In this document: positions 22,051 through 34,700 of the stretch, piece after piece
Position numbering within the stretch: the first letter of the stretch is position 1
Layout: each line of letters begins with the position of its first letter
Source of the DNA: Craspedostauros australis
Lineage: Eukaryota
Length of the DNA: 42,019 bases
NCBI GenBank assembly: GCA_030167865.1
Contig: JALAGF010001259.1
Span: 1 to 42,019, forward strand
Reading direction: 5' to 3'
The notes under the pieces: model-generated
Told to the model about the DNA's origin: nothing
The model's database searches: none
The model's input: the letters and a program-made list of their open reading frames with translations, nothing else
Position numbers and translations under genes: made by a program

Positions 22051-23812
22051 ATGTTCACAATGTCCACAATGTCCACAAACATGCGCAGAAGCAGATCCAC
22101 AGGACGATCATCATTGTCGCCATCGTCGTCGCTTTTGGTGCTGTCGCTGACGGTGTTCACCATTCTGAGCCAGAATGCGTGCTGCGATGCCTTCACCATG
22201 CCAGCACCTCGTGTCTCATCGCAGGCATCCACCACATTGAACCTCATTCCGGAATCCGCAAACGCCATCGCGGATCACGCACACATGCTGCAGAACATGC
22301 CGGCCATGGCTTGGCTCAGCGACGCAGCAGCGGCAACCGCCGATGCGGCCGTCGTCGAGGATGGCGGCTGGTGGCAATCCTACCTCAGCGTCTTCAAGAT
22401 GGCCCTTGAGGGTGTGCACGGTGCCATCGATCCTGCCCTGCGCAGTATCGGAGTCACCCAAACGTGGGGTATTGCCATCGCCATCTTTACAGCAGGTGAG
22501 TTCATTCGAGCATGTGTACTCTCTTCCAGGTACTCCTCCATGTATCGCATTCCATTGGATTGCATTGGATTGGATCGGATCATGTTGTTTTTGCCGACTA
22601 TATCTGACCACTCTATTCGTTGCGCACTGTCTCACCCATCATCGCAATTCCAATCAACAAATCAACCAACAAACAAATGAATGAATGAATGAATGACACA
22701 ACATGAAACCACACGACACGACATCAAATCATGTGATATGATATGATATCAAATGACACGCCAACATCCATCCTCATTTTTTCACGCTATCGTTGTTTCA
22801 ATATCACTATTTGTGTTCCTATTCCGCAGTCGTCCGTACCTTCCTGTTGCCACTCTCCGTCCAGCAGTCCAAGTCGGCGGAGTACATGAAGGCGCTCAAA
22901 CCGTACGTCACAGAGATCTCCGAAAAGTTCAAGGACAATGACGATCAGAAAAACCGTGCCCTCGGCAAGCTCTACGAGGATGCCAACCAGAACCCGCTGT
23001 CGGGATGCCTCTTCTCCTTGGCGCAGCTCCCCATCCTGCTCGGATTGTACCGTGGAATCCGCAACCTGGCCATCGACGGAGAGCTCAACGAGCCATTCCT
23101 CTGGATCCCATCCTTGGAGGGTCCCGTCCACGGCCCGGACTACCGCGATCTCGACTGGCTGCTCAGCGGCTGGACCTCTGTTGATGGCGCCCTGCCAATC
23201 CCGTCGCTGGGCTGGGAAACCACACTGGCGTTCCTCGTCATGCCAGTCCTTCTCGTCCTCGGACAATCCTTCACCATGTCCACCCTCACGCCGGAGCCAG
23301 ACAAGGAAACCATGTCGGCGGAGGAATTGGACCAGTTCGAAAAGTCGCAGCGCATCCTCAAGTTCCTTCCCTTGCTCATTGGATTCTTCTCTCTGCAGGT
23401 CCCCGCCGGACTCACGATATACTGGTTCACCACCAACCTCTACACTCTCGGACAATCCCTCAGCGTCAAGGCGTACTACAACGCAAACCCGCCGGAGATC
23501 GAACTCCCAGACTACTGGGACGCCCTCGATGACTTGGAGGCCATGACGCCGGAAGAGCAGCGCGAGGCCGCCAAGGCCGGTCTCGCCAAGGGACCCAACT
23601 GGGAGGACCTCAAGGTCGAGGCCCGATTCCATCCCGTCGTCGAACGCTCCGCCATGCGGGAATCTAGCGCATCCTGGCAACGGGTTGCCGACATTGACCC
23701 GTCGCAACGTGAAATCGCGGCCGAGCTGCAGGAATGGGTCACGGGAAAGCCAGCCGCCAATGGAGCCACGGAGGAGCCCTCCGTCGAGGCGACCGCGGCC
23801 ACCAGCGCATGA
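22051..23812 (+). CDS. ALB3: Plastid membrane protein insertase of the ALB3/YidC/Oxa1 family (2 exons)
   Basis: Exons 22051-22495 and 22830-23812; GT-AG intron 22496-22829 (phase 1) joins WGIAIAIFTA-V-VRTFLLPL. Motifs NPLSGCL..LAQLPILLGLY, FLWIPSLEGP, VPAGLTIYW. Bipartite presequence with CCDA|FTMP cleavage site. Confidence 0.92.
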
Positions 23813-24144
23813 ATATCCCACTCGTAATTTGCATAAAGATGAATGGTTAGAACATGCATGATGATATGGGGTGCCATGCAACAACCTACGTAGTACAGTA
23901 GCTGCTATCAACTCAAGCGGCACCTGTCCTTAGTCGCACAGTACGAATACAAGCAAGCACTTCCACTATTATGTACATTCGATCATGAATGGCAACTTCA
24001 ATAACTCATGTACTCTCCGTGAAGCAGATGATATTCTACCACACGCTACAGGCAGAGAGTGTCATGTGCATAGACAGTACAATGCCAACTTCTGAATCTA
24101 CTTTACTTGCTTGCCTCCACTCCCTCACTCAGTTGGTCACTCAC

Positions 24145-26074
24145 TCAGAAATAGTGACCGATCAACTCCCACGTTGCGTTGGATGCTAGCTCCTTCATCA
24201 TGCGGGAGACCAAAACAACTTCATCCGATGTGAAGTAAGCGCGGTAGGTCTTGCCGGCGAGGAACTGAGGTGGTTTCGACTGGACCTCCATCTCCAAAAA
24301 ATCGACAATCGAATTCACCGTCTCATCAAACTGGTGCGTGTAATCCTCGTAATGCAGCTCCATGATGGGGACGTGCATGTACTGCTGCGCAATGCGAACA
24401 ACATGGTTGTGCCATTGGATCCAACGGTAAAAGTCGGCGTAGCATGGGATGCCGTCCTCAAATTCAGATCCAAGGGTGTGCGGTGGTGGTGTTACAATCC
24501 TTGCTGTTGGTTGCTGCTGCTGTGTTTCTCTTGCCTCTGCGCGGTCGTTGAAGCGCTGCTTGATCTGTCCACAGAAGTCACGGAAGCCTTCTTTGGATTT
24601 GGTGATGGATTCCATTGCTCTTCCTCGCCATGTCGAAATGGAGCTATCGTTCGTCGGGATCTTCTTGGCGTATTCGTTCACTTCCAGATGGAACCTATCC
24701 GTGTGTGTTGGGAGATATCATCGAATGGTGCATGGAAGTACAATCGGGTAGAGTAGATCGTATGTTCAACAATGGAAGACATACATGTTGAGGCGCGAAA
24801 CGACAAGCAAGGTCAGGGGTCGTGATGGCACAAAATGAAGACACGCACATCAATAGCTTGATCAGTCTCGTGCGTCCTTCGCCCTTGAGGCAGCCAATCA
24901 GTCAATCAATCAATCAATCAAGGCGCAGACAGACTGAATTGTATTCACATCTTGCCATACATCACATAGCACCAACGTACCGAGAGACGATGTTATCAAA
25001 AGGATCACGAATCAGATGAATTGCTTTTGCCACGTCCTGATGCGGATAGCTTGATTTCTTCTGGACGAAGACCGTCTTGTGCAGGGTGCTCTCCTCCATG
25101 CTATTGCTGTTGCTGTGACTCCCGCTGGTCTCCACAAAGTTGTCGCTGCTGCTGTAGCTATCATCAGCACCGTCATCCGAAATGCGTCGGTAACTCGTCT
25201 GGGTACACTTGTGAAGGAAGTCGCTGGTATGCCTGATCGTGGATAGAGCTTGTCTGCATCGATTGCAGTAGCCTCCGCAATGTGTTTTGGTGAGCGCAAA
25301 CCTTGCTGGCGGCCGGATGTCCATACGTCGAGAGGACTTGTCAATATGTAATGACGATGACGACGATGACGACGACGAGGACAACGATGCTCGTAAAGCT
25401 GCAGACTTCGCAGGCGCCACCTTGTACTTGATTGGATTCGTCCAGAATGGCGTGCCCTCGAAGTAATCTCGCGTCGAGCCATCGGCATGATTGGCACTCG
25501 TATGATTTCGAGGCTTGGTCGCGTGGGTGGGAACCGATTCTCCATTAATGTCTAAATTGCGACTTCCGTAGTTGGTTGCGATGGATGTCTTGGTGACGGT
25601 CTTGACAAGGTGGCCGGTGTAAGACGTGCCAGAGTTGGGGAACGACATCAACCAAACGATCTTTGGTGCAGCCTGTCTACCTTTCCCAGCGCTTGCAGTG
25701 CCCCCTGCGCTCAGGGATGAGATCGAAGGGGCATTAGCTTGAGCGGCGAACAGCTTGTATGATCCCATTGGCCTGGACGTAGATGCGGACGTAGATACGG
25801 ACTTGCATGGGGACGAGGAAGCGGATGCTGATGCGGATGTGCGAATGTCATCAGAAAGCAACACTTGAGATATATTGATTGCTTGTGATGAAAAGAGGAA
25901 CACGAAGGCAGCGATGCAGATCGAACATAGGGCGATGATGTTCATGTGGCGCTGCTGCTTGGGGGAAGGGTGGTGTTCATGAACGTTGCTGCGGCTGCGC
26001 CATCGTTGAGGCGACTGCTGCTGATACTGCTGAGCCCGTGAAGAAGTCTCCTTAGTCTGCATGCTTTCGAACAT
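24145..26074 (-). CDS. Type II membrane sulfotransferase-like protein (2 exons)
   Basis: Exons 26074-24981 and 24694-24145; GT-AG intron 24980-24695 (phase 2) joins IHLIRDPFDNIVS-R-FHLE. PAPS-binding-like WLMSFPNSGTSY, KTH, RDPFDNIVS and LHYED motifs. N-terminal TM segment IIALCSICIAAFVFLF. Confidence 0.8.
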
Positions 26075-27403
26075 TGCGCGTCTCTGCGAGCGCCACTTTT
26101 GCTGTTCCTGTTGCTTGTGATCTTGCTGCTCCCGTCGATGATATTGCCATTCGAGCTACCCGCTTGTGTTTGTGACGATAGCACTGAAAACGTCCGATGC
26201 AGAAGTACCAAAGGGATTATGATGATGATGATGATGAGTGCGCTCGTCCGCATGCTGTGCTGGATGCGATGCTCCGAGCGGAGAAGGAGACCACCCTCGA
26301 ATGCCCACATCAGACATGCTGGTGCCTTTCCGCCCGCATCCAAAGTGACCAAGAGATCCAGATGAGATGAGTGCTCTGCGCGTTGGGGATTACTACTCGT
26401 AAGAGGAGTATCCGTGTGTCCCACGCGACCAAGAAGCGTCATGTATCGCGCAGGGTGCTCCCTCTCTGAAAGATTCGAACCTTGCGTGACTTGCGACGTT
26501 GAAACATGATCTTCGCGGATGTCCCATTCGTATTGACTGCCGCATGATTCGATCGTTGATCACACAGGCAGATCGCCGCCATGGCCACCGCCGTAGTTGT
26601 CGGTGCAGCGGGAGATCGAGAAGAAGATGCTTAGCGCAACGGAATCTTCGTTCCCGCCTGTCTCATCCGCCCTGGTCGCTGCACGAAACATCGAAAGTGG
26701 CTCGTTCCATAATCGCACAAGTTCCATCAAGGATGAAGCTCCCTGCGTGGCGTCTTGGCAGCCCCACGCTTGCTCATGGTATCCTTCCTTCATCTCTCTG
26801 GATTCTGGACGCATTATGTCCATCCCAGCTTCGATCTTTGTTGCGGTTGTCGCCCCCGTCTTTGTCGTTGTTCCCGCCAAGGACAACACTATTGAAACGT
26901 CAATTTGCAAGTCATATTTACAGTCTGGTTGTCCTCCCCAAATCCGTCAACATCCGTATGAATCATGGGAGTCAACCACAATTATCCACGATTGAACAGT
27001 ACCATAGCATAGTGTGTCCCAGATAGGTATAGTCCGATCACATCGATCTGTGCACGTTTCAAAATAGTCATGGGAGTCAAAGAGATGGAAGAGTCTCTAT
27101 TGGAAACGCTCTCTATTTATCATACATTGAGTCTGTTGCAACCCGTATAGCGTGTCCTCAGATGACGCGGAAAAGTGAAGATACGATTCTCGACATTTCA
27201 ACATGTCAGATCCATTTCCCCTCCGCAACGATTCGCTTTCGTGACACAGAACAAACATGTGACCATGCAACGTTGTTTGCGATGGGCCCGTCTTGCCTCC
27301 CTTGCTCCCTCCTGCTCACATTACAACAATCCTGAGGGGTTGAGCGTACAGTCTCTGTCATTATTCCATCACAACTACGTCTCGCCAGAGTAGATAAATC
27401 ACA

Positions 27404-28837
27404 ATGAAGATCGCACCGCTCGCTACACTCTTGATAGGCGCACCATCCTGCGCCGCGTGGATCAATGCATCTCCATCGAACGGTTCAACCCGAGCAGCAG
27501 GGGCGCTGCGTCCATCAGGTTTTTCATTGCATGCCATCGGCAGCGCTGGATTCGGAAGTTCCGATGCCAGCGACGTGGATGCGGCCGTGGCGGAGTCCAT
27601 CGCCATCGCCAAGCAGGAGGTGGGAGACGACGTGGCCATGGCGTTCGTGTCCTGCACGGCAGACGCCGACGTGCCGCTCGTGCAACAGGAATTTCAGCGA
27701 CAGCTGCAATGCAGCAACATCCACGGCATCACGTCGTCGGGCGGCGTGCTGACGAAGCAATCTGGATCGATACCGAATGCCGTTGGTTGTCTGCTGATGT
27801 CGGCGGATGCGGGCGATTTCGTCACGTCTTACCATGCGTCGGATGCGGCGGCGGCCGTGCGCGAATTGGAGGCATCGGGGAAGGCGTTTCGTGCCCCCGG
27901 TGACGGTGCCGATGCTATAACGGCCCCACCGTTGTTCCAGGCCATCTTCATGAGCGCTACTCCAGGCATGGAAGAGGAAGTGATTGATGCCATCGAGGAG
28001 GCATTCCCGAACACGCCTATCTACGGCGGAACTGCCGCGGACAATGATCTGAGCGGCAAGTGGATGGTGTTTGGAAGTGACGTGAAGGCCGATGATTCCG
28101 GCGATGTCACACCAGCCTCCGGGACAGGAATCAGCCTGGTGGGTATTGGAGCGGACGTGAAGATGGGAGCAAGCATGATCGGTCCGTACCAACCAACGCA
28201 GCGCAAGGTGACGGCCACCAAGACCGACGGACGGCGAGTCTACGAGCTGGATGGACAACCGGCAGCGGATTGGGTGTACAACGAATGGCTGGGTGACGAA
28301 GTGAAGGAGGCGTACGAGAATGGCGGCCTGATCCTCGGCCAGACGGCCCAACGCCCCATCGCGTTCGAGGTGTCATCGGGAGGTGCGAGCGGCCCCCGCA
28401 AGCTGCTACAAGGGCGCAAGAAGTCCGCGCAGCCAGACGCAGATCCGGAGTACATCACGGCGCATTTGGCGGCGCTGGGTGGCCCCGATGAGAAGTTCGT
28501 GGAATTCTTCACGCCCATCCCCGAAGGCAGCGAATTGACGGTGATGGACAGCGGCGATGGTCCATCGACGGGATACGCGGCTGCGCTTGAGACGGCGTAC
28601 GATGCAGCCTCCGCAGGCGTGAGCGTCCCGAAGGCAGGACTGCTGGTGTACTGCGGAGGCATGGCCATCGCCGTGGGTGATCAGCTGAACGATGGATTGC
28701 TCAGCCCATCCTATCAGCAACGCTTGGGCAACATGCCCATGATGGGAATGACTTGCTTCGGAGAACAAACCTGCACACCCCAATCCAACACCAACGTGCA
28801 GCGCAATCTCAGCGTCGGCATGGTCTTATTTGAATAG
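27404..28837 (+). CDS. FIST-domain (FIST_N + FIST_C) protein with N-terminal targeting peptide
   Basis: 477-aa intronless ORF. Motifs HGITSSGG, PIYGGTAADN, VTATKTDGRRVYELDGQPAAD, LLVYCGG, GMTCFGEQ, NLSVGMVLF follow the FIST pattern. Signal peptide MKIAPLATLLIGAPSCAA|W. Confidence 0.85.
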   Translation: MKIAPLATLLIGAPSCAAWINASPSNGSTRAAGALRPSGFSLHAIGSAGFGSSDASDVDAAVAESIAIAKQEVGDDVAMAFVSCTADADVPLVQQEFQRQLQCSNIHGITSSGGVLTKQSGSIPNAVGCLLMSADAGDFVTSYHASDAAAAVRELEASGKAFRAPGDGADAITAPPLFQAIFMSATPGMEEEVIDAIEEAFPNTPIYGGTAADNDLSGKWMVFGSDVKADDSGDVTPASGTGISLVGIGADVKMGASMIGPYQPTQRKVTATKTDGRRVYELDGQPAADWVYNEWLGDEVKEAYENGGLILGQTAQRPIAFEVSSGGASGPRKLLQGRKKSAQPDADPEYITAHLAALGGPDEKFVEFFTPIPEGSELTVMDSGDGPSTGYAAALETAYDAASAGVSVPKAGLLVYCGGMAIAVGDQLNDGLLSPSYQQRLGNMPMMGMTCFGEQTCTPQSNTNVQRNLSVGMVLFE

Positions 28838-29614
28838 GTGGATAACGCAAATCAATCAAAAGCCCACGGTCCCCGTGCCCGTTAGTATGCCGAGCATGCA
28901 ACCAGAGTAGAGTAAGCCGGTGTTTAGTACGAGCATTTTACATCTCCGCAGCGGTGGTCATCCAAAACGATATAGTAGTAGTACTGTGTAGTTCTTGTTG
29001 ACGTCTCTCTCTCTCTCTCGTGCTCTCTCACCCTGCTTCTAGCTATGTCTAAGGTACTCGATTAGACCTGTTTCAATGTGCTGCTGGAACATGAAAGAGA
29101 CATCTTGGCACCGGTAACACAGCACAATGCAACGCTTCGCAGCGAACGCGAACAAGCACACAGACACCCGCGCCATGCAGTATTCCCACACAAGGATCAA
29201 CACACAACAAACACCTCTTCGTTCCGACCAAGAAGACAGCACCATCACAACTGCGCGCCAAAGAGTGCCTGAACATACTACTACTGTTAATACTCCACAC
29301 CACTCTTTGCTCGGATAATAGAATAGAATACAATACAATAGTTGAGAAGAGGACAAGACCAGATCACGTCAGTGTTGTCGTTGCCATCAACAAAGCAGGA
29401 AGAAGACGCGAAGCAAAGACTTCGTTCTAGTGGAGACCGCTCCCTCAACATTTCTTGGTCATCATCAGGAGGTTCGAAGAGGCATCGACGGTGACTGCAC
29501 AAACGCAATCAAATTGCTCTCCATCCTCTGCTTCCACGTCTCATATTCGTTACAGACGCAGCCTGCGACTACGATACCGACGAATAGCGCACAAGCAATT
29601 TGACGCAGCACAAG

Positions 29615-31391
29615 ATGTCGAAGTCCCCTTCGTTGCGACGAATCCAGGCGGATATCCGCGAACTGTCGTTGGATCCTTCCGATCGCTACTATGCTGCCCC
29701 CATGGAGAATGACATGTTCGAATGGTAAGTGCGCCAATCCTTGCCTACCTGCCTACCTGGATGCGTGTACGCATGCATTTGCGCGCATCCCATGATCGAC
29801 ACCGCAAGAGGAGTTGCGGACCACGAGATCGTGGACTCCAGGATTTGTTGCTGCTCTTTTCTTTTCGCTCACCTTCTTACTTTACTACTCGACACCCATC
29901 TCACTCACTGTGTTCCATCGCATTTCACTTCATTACATTACATCGCACTGTTCCAAATGCATCATCTTCCAAACGACAAACACTGCTCTTGGTCTCCACA
30001 ACACTTCTCGCCCAAGGCATTTTACCATCCGAGGAGCCGACGACACCGACTTTGCTGGAGGCATCTACCATGGCCGCATTCTCGTAAGTGCCACGTGGGA
30101 ACTTCCATTTCATTCCACGACGATGCTCTTTCATTCCTCGCACGTTGCCCGTTTCTGCTCAAGAGTATCCTGCCGATCACACCTTGAAATATGCGTCACT
30201 TCACTCTGACTCCGTCGCTCCATCTTCTCCAATCTCCATTTCCAACGTATCCGCACACCCTTTCCCTCATTCAATTCCATCCCATTCATGACGCAGTTAC
30301 CACCGGAGTACCCATTCAAACCACCGCACATCATCTTCCTCACGCCATCCGGGCGGTTCGAAACGCACACGAAGGTGTGCCTGTCATTCTCGGCGTACCA
30401 TCCAGAACTGTGGCAACCAGCATGGGGCATCCGTCTCATCCTCGAGGCCCTCATCAGCTTCCTCCCAACGCCTGCAGACGGCGCCATCGGGGCGTTGGAC
30501 TGGACCACCAAGGAACGCCAGCACCTGGCCAAGAAGTCCGTCAACTTCTGCTGCCCGACCTGCGGCCCCATCAAAAACATCATCCCTAAACTCAAAACCA
30601 ACGGCAACGGCAACAAGTCATCTTCCAGATTCGCGAAGGAGATTCAGGAACTGCAACGCATGCAAGAGATGAATGAAAGCAAGAACGCCAACACCAACAA
30701 GGAGAGCACAAGTGACAGTGGCAGCGATGAAAAAGACCATGGCAGCGACAATGCCAAGCAGAAAGAAAACGAAGCGGCTGCAGATGCGCAAACGCAAACT
30801 AAGGCAGAGGCAGGAGCACATGTACAGCCGGGAGACGACACGAAGGCAGAGCCGCAAGCAGAGAGCAACGGTGTCGATGCAACAGAGGAAGCCGCCAAAT
30901 CAGCATCGGCTCCATCGACTGCGATGGATCCTCAGGCGTCATCGGAGTCAGCTGCGTCACAGTCGTCGTCATCGAGGTCGAGTTTGGCGACCTCGCATCC
31001 GTCACCCAGCGCGCCTGTGGAAACCCAACCTCCGGCCAACGTCACACCCGCAACTGTGACAACTGCGGTGCAAATGCAGTCACTGCGGAATGGAACAGCA
31101 CCGTTGGCAACCGACAGACAACCAGAGGGAGAGACAGCAACCGCACCTGCAGACGGCGTTGCTGGCGGTGGCCCGGATGCCGATATCGATGTTGACACCG
31201 CAGCGCTTGATCAGTCCATCACGGACGGGCCCAACGTCCAGGGTCCCCATGACCCACAATGGATGATGGAGCCTCTCCTGCATCTCATGATCGGTCTGCT
31301 GGCTGTCATCTGCTACATGCTCTTCCAAAAGTGGAACGCTCTGTACGCCGAGCTGCTTCACTTGCGTGCATTGAACCAACAAGCGTTGTGA
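29615..31391 (+). CDS. UBE2J1: Ubiquitin-conjugating enzyme E2, UBE2J1/Ubc6 type, with C-terminal membrane anchor (3 exons)
   Basis: Exons 29615-29724, 30017-30083 and 30297-31391; GT-AG introns 29725-30016 and 30084-30296. Spliced product reads MSKSPSLRRIQADIREL...FEWHFTIRG...YHGRILLPPEYPFKPP...TPSGRFE..TKVCLSFSAYHPELWQPAW, with a TM segment near the C-terminus. Confidence 0.93.
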
Positions 31392-31660
31392 TGTCGCATT
31401 ACGAGTAGTACACACGGAATATTGCAGGAGTTCATGTCAGGAGTGTTGTGACTGCGACCGGCAGCCGCCACGCAATCCAACAAATAGCAAACACACTTGT
31501 ATGTAACGAAACGAAACTAACATGAAACATCGGCCCGGCCTCTGCTACACGTATGGCAAAAAACAACAACCTGCTCTTTTCAGCGTGCAGTACATGCATG
31601 CAACGAGAAGAACCACAATCCATTCAACTTCGTTGCCGTGCCTACTTCATTATTCTTTAA

Positions 31661-31686
31661 AGAGAGAGAGAGAGAGAGAGAGAGAG
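31661..31686. repeat. (AG)13 microsatellite
   Basis: Uninterrupted AG run between the convergent UBE2J1 and xpt-fusion 3' ends. Confidence 0.95.
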
Positions 31687-31789
31687 CAACGGCAACAAAG
31701 GGAGGCAGGAAGGAAGTAAGATGGAACAAGATGCTGCGACGCCTTTGGTCTGCTCATTCCGTATGCATAGTGTCCATCATAACATCACT

Positions 31790-34700
31790 CTACAACGAGC
31801 TATGCTTACTCGCGTGCCTTCCACTGTTCCCGTTGTTGCTGCTGTCTTCGTAAGCCTTCTTGCTTTCATCGGCCTCCTGCTTCAGGGACTTTTCCTTCTT
31901 ATTGGACTTCATCTTCTGTTCCTGCGCGTACCCCTCCTCCTCCACCAGCTCGATGACGCCGTTTGCCACGGAAGCAACGCGGCAAAGAGATTCGACGGGG
32001 ACGTTGAATCCGGCCAGCGTCGTGCGTCCGTTGTCGTATACCTTCTCCAGCAGCACCCCCACACCGACGCACGTGGCGCCCGAATCCGAGATGATCCGCA
32101 GCAGCGCCTCCTGTGATGACCCGCCGCTCAAGAAGTCGTCGATGACCAGGATGCGATCATCCTCGTCCAGATGGCTCTTGCTCACCAACAGCTCGCGGCT
32201 CTTGCCCAACGTTTTGGAGGAAAATGCCGCGCTGTAGGTGTCGGCCATCACAAGAGAGCGTTCCTTGCGTGCGTACACCACGGGGACCTGCAGGTACTTG
32301 GCCATCGGCAACGCGATCACCAATCCTGTGGTGGCGACTGTCAGGATCTTTGTGGGGCGCAAGTTCATGAATCGCTCGGCCTGCAGTTAATTGTAGCACC
32401 GTCCACGATGGAGAAAGGGTCGAGAGTACGGAATGAGGCAGTTGCCAAATGGGGTTGGGATTGGGTCGAACCACAACAGAGCACAACCAGAATGAGAATA
32501 GAAACCATATTGAACATGGGGTTAGAATCAAGATCGCAATCATATCATATCATGCCATCTCGACTCATCTCAACACAAAGAAGTATACCCCCGATCGTCG
32601 TTTAGCGAGCAATGCGTGCATACACGCGGAGCAGCATAGTTCAATTGCTTTCAACACTTACCAACTCGTTGGCACAATCATCCATGAGGTTGACATCAAT
32701 TTGCGTCTCCATGAAACTGGACACGTCGATGATGTCCTTTGGCAGCACTTTGCCGTCCTTCAGCACGCGATCCCGCAGGAACATGCTGGCTGTGCCTCCG
32801 CTGCTCTTGCCAAGCTCGCTGTCGGACCCAACTTGCAGGAACTTTTGGTACTCCAAATCGAATGTCAGCTGCAAGGTCTTGAGCATCTCGTTGATGGCTT
32901 CGCTGACGCTGACGAGCGTGCGCATGCAGTTGCAAAAGTACATGTCGACGTCGACGATGCCGTAGTCGAAGATCTCCATCTCCCCGTCGTAGAAGCAGAG
33001 GCATGTCTTGAATCGTGTCACGCGGGTTGGCTCGGAGAACGGGCTGAGGGCATCGACCAGGTACTCCACATTCATGCCAATGTCGTTGATCTTGTAGCCG
33101 GAACGTATGCGCGGGCTGTTCGCGGCCATGTCCTGGATTTGGCGGTTCTTGAGGTTGGAGGAACTCTTGCTGGTGGATAGAGACGACAGCGACGATGGCG
33201 ATGAAATTGGTATGAGACCCGGGGGGTGCGTCTTGGGCAGATTGGCGTTCTCGATCATGTCCTGCGTCGGCATGGGCTCCACCTCGAACGACGTGCGTGA
33301 AGAGATGCACGGTAACCCTGTGACATTGTAGACGGATCGCGCCTTGAAGGATGCCATGTCCTCGATGGAGACCAGCCCATCCTCGACGCAGGCATCTTCC
33401 CAGTCACCAAAGTTCTCCGCAAACTCGATGCCGTAATTACCAAAGGTGCCCTGAAAGCTCTTGAAGCAGACATTATCCACGGCGCTGACCCACATGGTGT
33501 CGTATCCCTGCAGTTCATCTGGTTCACGTTCGAAATAGACCTTGGCCTTTTCGCTGTTGCGCGCCTTTTCCAGTCGGACAGATCTGGTTTGAATGGCCAT
33601 CATTCGTTCCTGGAATTGCTGCTCTTCCAGCTCCTCCTGACGCTTAGCCTCTTCGTCGTTCTCGTCGTCATCGAAGCTGTCATGCTTTGCAAATGCATTC
33701 TCTGCGTATCAGGTGGCAGTACGGTACATAAACATAATCATAGATGTATAGGTGCGAAACAATGGTCATGAGAGAGCATTTGATGCAAGAAAGTGGAGCG
33801 ACCTCCAAAGTACTGGCGACACATGATAATATGACACACGTACAAAACAGGTGTCCAGTACAAATCGACGAAGGCATCGCTACAAACGCCTTCAATTCGT
33901 TCGAAACAGGCAGGTACCGCACCCCTGCATCGCAAGTGGTGTTTGACACCGCTTTGTATGCTCGCAACTCATCCACTGAAGCACACCCGCCACAAAGCAA
34001 TCGAGTGAAATGAAAACTGACCTTCTTGATCATCGGCCGAACCGCTGCCATCATCCCATCGATCCCACGGTTCGATCTCGTCGTCGATCACGTGAGGCAA
34101 GCGGAAGGTTCGGCTGGCATCAATGCCTTCGCCATCACCACGCTCCTCTATCTCCCTTTCCCACTCCTCCAGCTGCTGTTCCAAAAGTTCGTTCTGTTTT
34201 TCGATGTCCCATTCCTCGTCATCGTCGTCCTCCGTCTGCCGACGTTCCACTTCCTGCAGGTACCGCAAGATATCAAGGTCCAGCCAATTCTCAGCGACGC
34301 GGTAGGGTTCGTACTGCGACAGCGTGGCTTCCGCGGACTTGTACTGTTCCATGGTGGGCATTGGGCGTTCCAGCATGTACTTCGGTGGATCCGTGGACCT
34401 GGAGCCGCTCTGACTGCCGACGTTGATGTTCGGATTGGTGGACATCACGGGCCCCGAGGACATGGCGGCAACTCCCGCCGCAGCCGTGCCGGGCGTGATG
34501 CGATTGGACGACGCCGTGCCGCCGCTGTTGGCGATGGATTGCATCTTCTGACGCTGCGAGTTGTCGGCGGAGACCGTCGTCGACTTGAGCTCCACGAAGC
34601 TCTTTGAGGAGGAAGAAGCGGACGCCAGAAAGTCGCTGTTGGGGTTATTCGCGTTCATGAAAGTGCTGGGATCGACACCCTCCCCGTATCCCTGCTGCAT

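Noticed and set aside
26440-26560. GGTTCGAATC (tRNA B-box/T-loop-like) on the minus strand at about 26472-26481
   Set aside because: The T-stem is imperfect, and I could not find an A-box, D-arm, anticodon arm or acceptor stem.
26075-27403. Short ORFs and a 13-bp direct repeat TCATGGGAGTCAA (26963 and 27068) between divergent genes
   Set aside because: No recognisable protein, and one short repeat pair is not enough to call an element or target-site duplication.
33880-33925. Possible extra mini-exon (GVRYLPVSNELK) in intron 1 of the xpt fusion
   Set aside because: An acceptor-like TGCAG is present, but I found no canonical donor in a phase compatible with the exon at 33701. The direct join is already in frame; RNA-seq would settle it.
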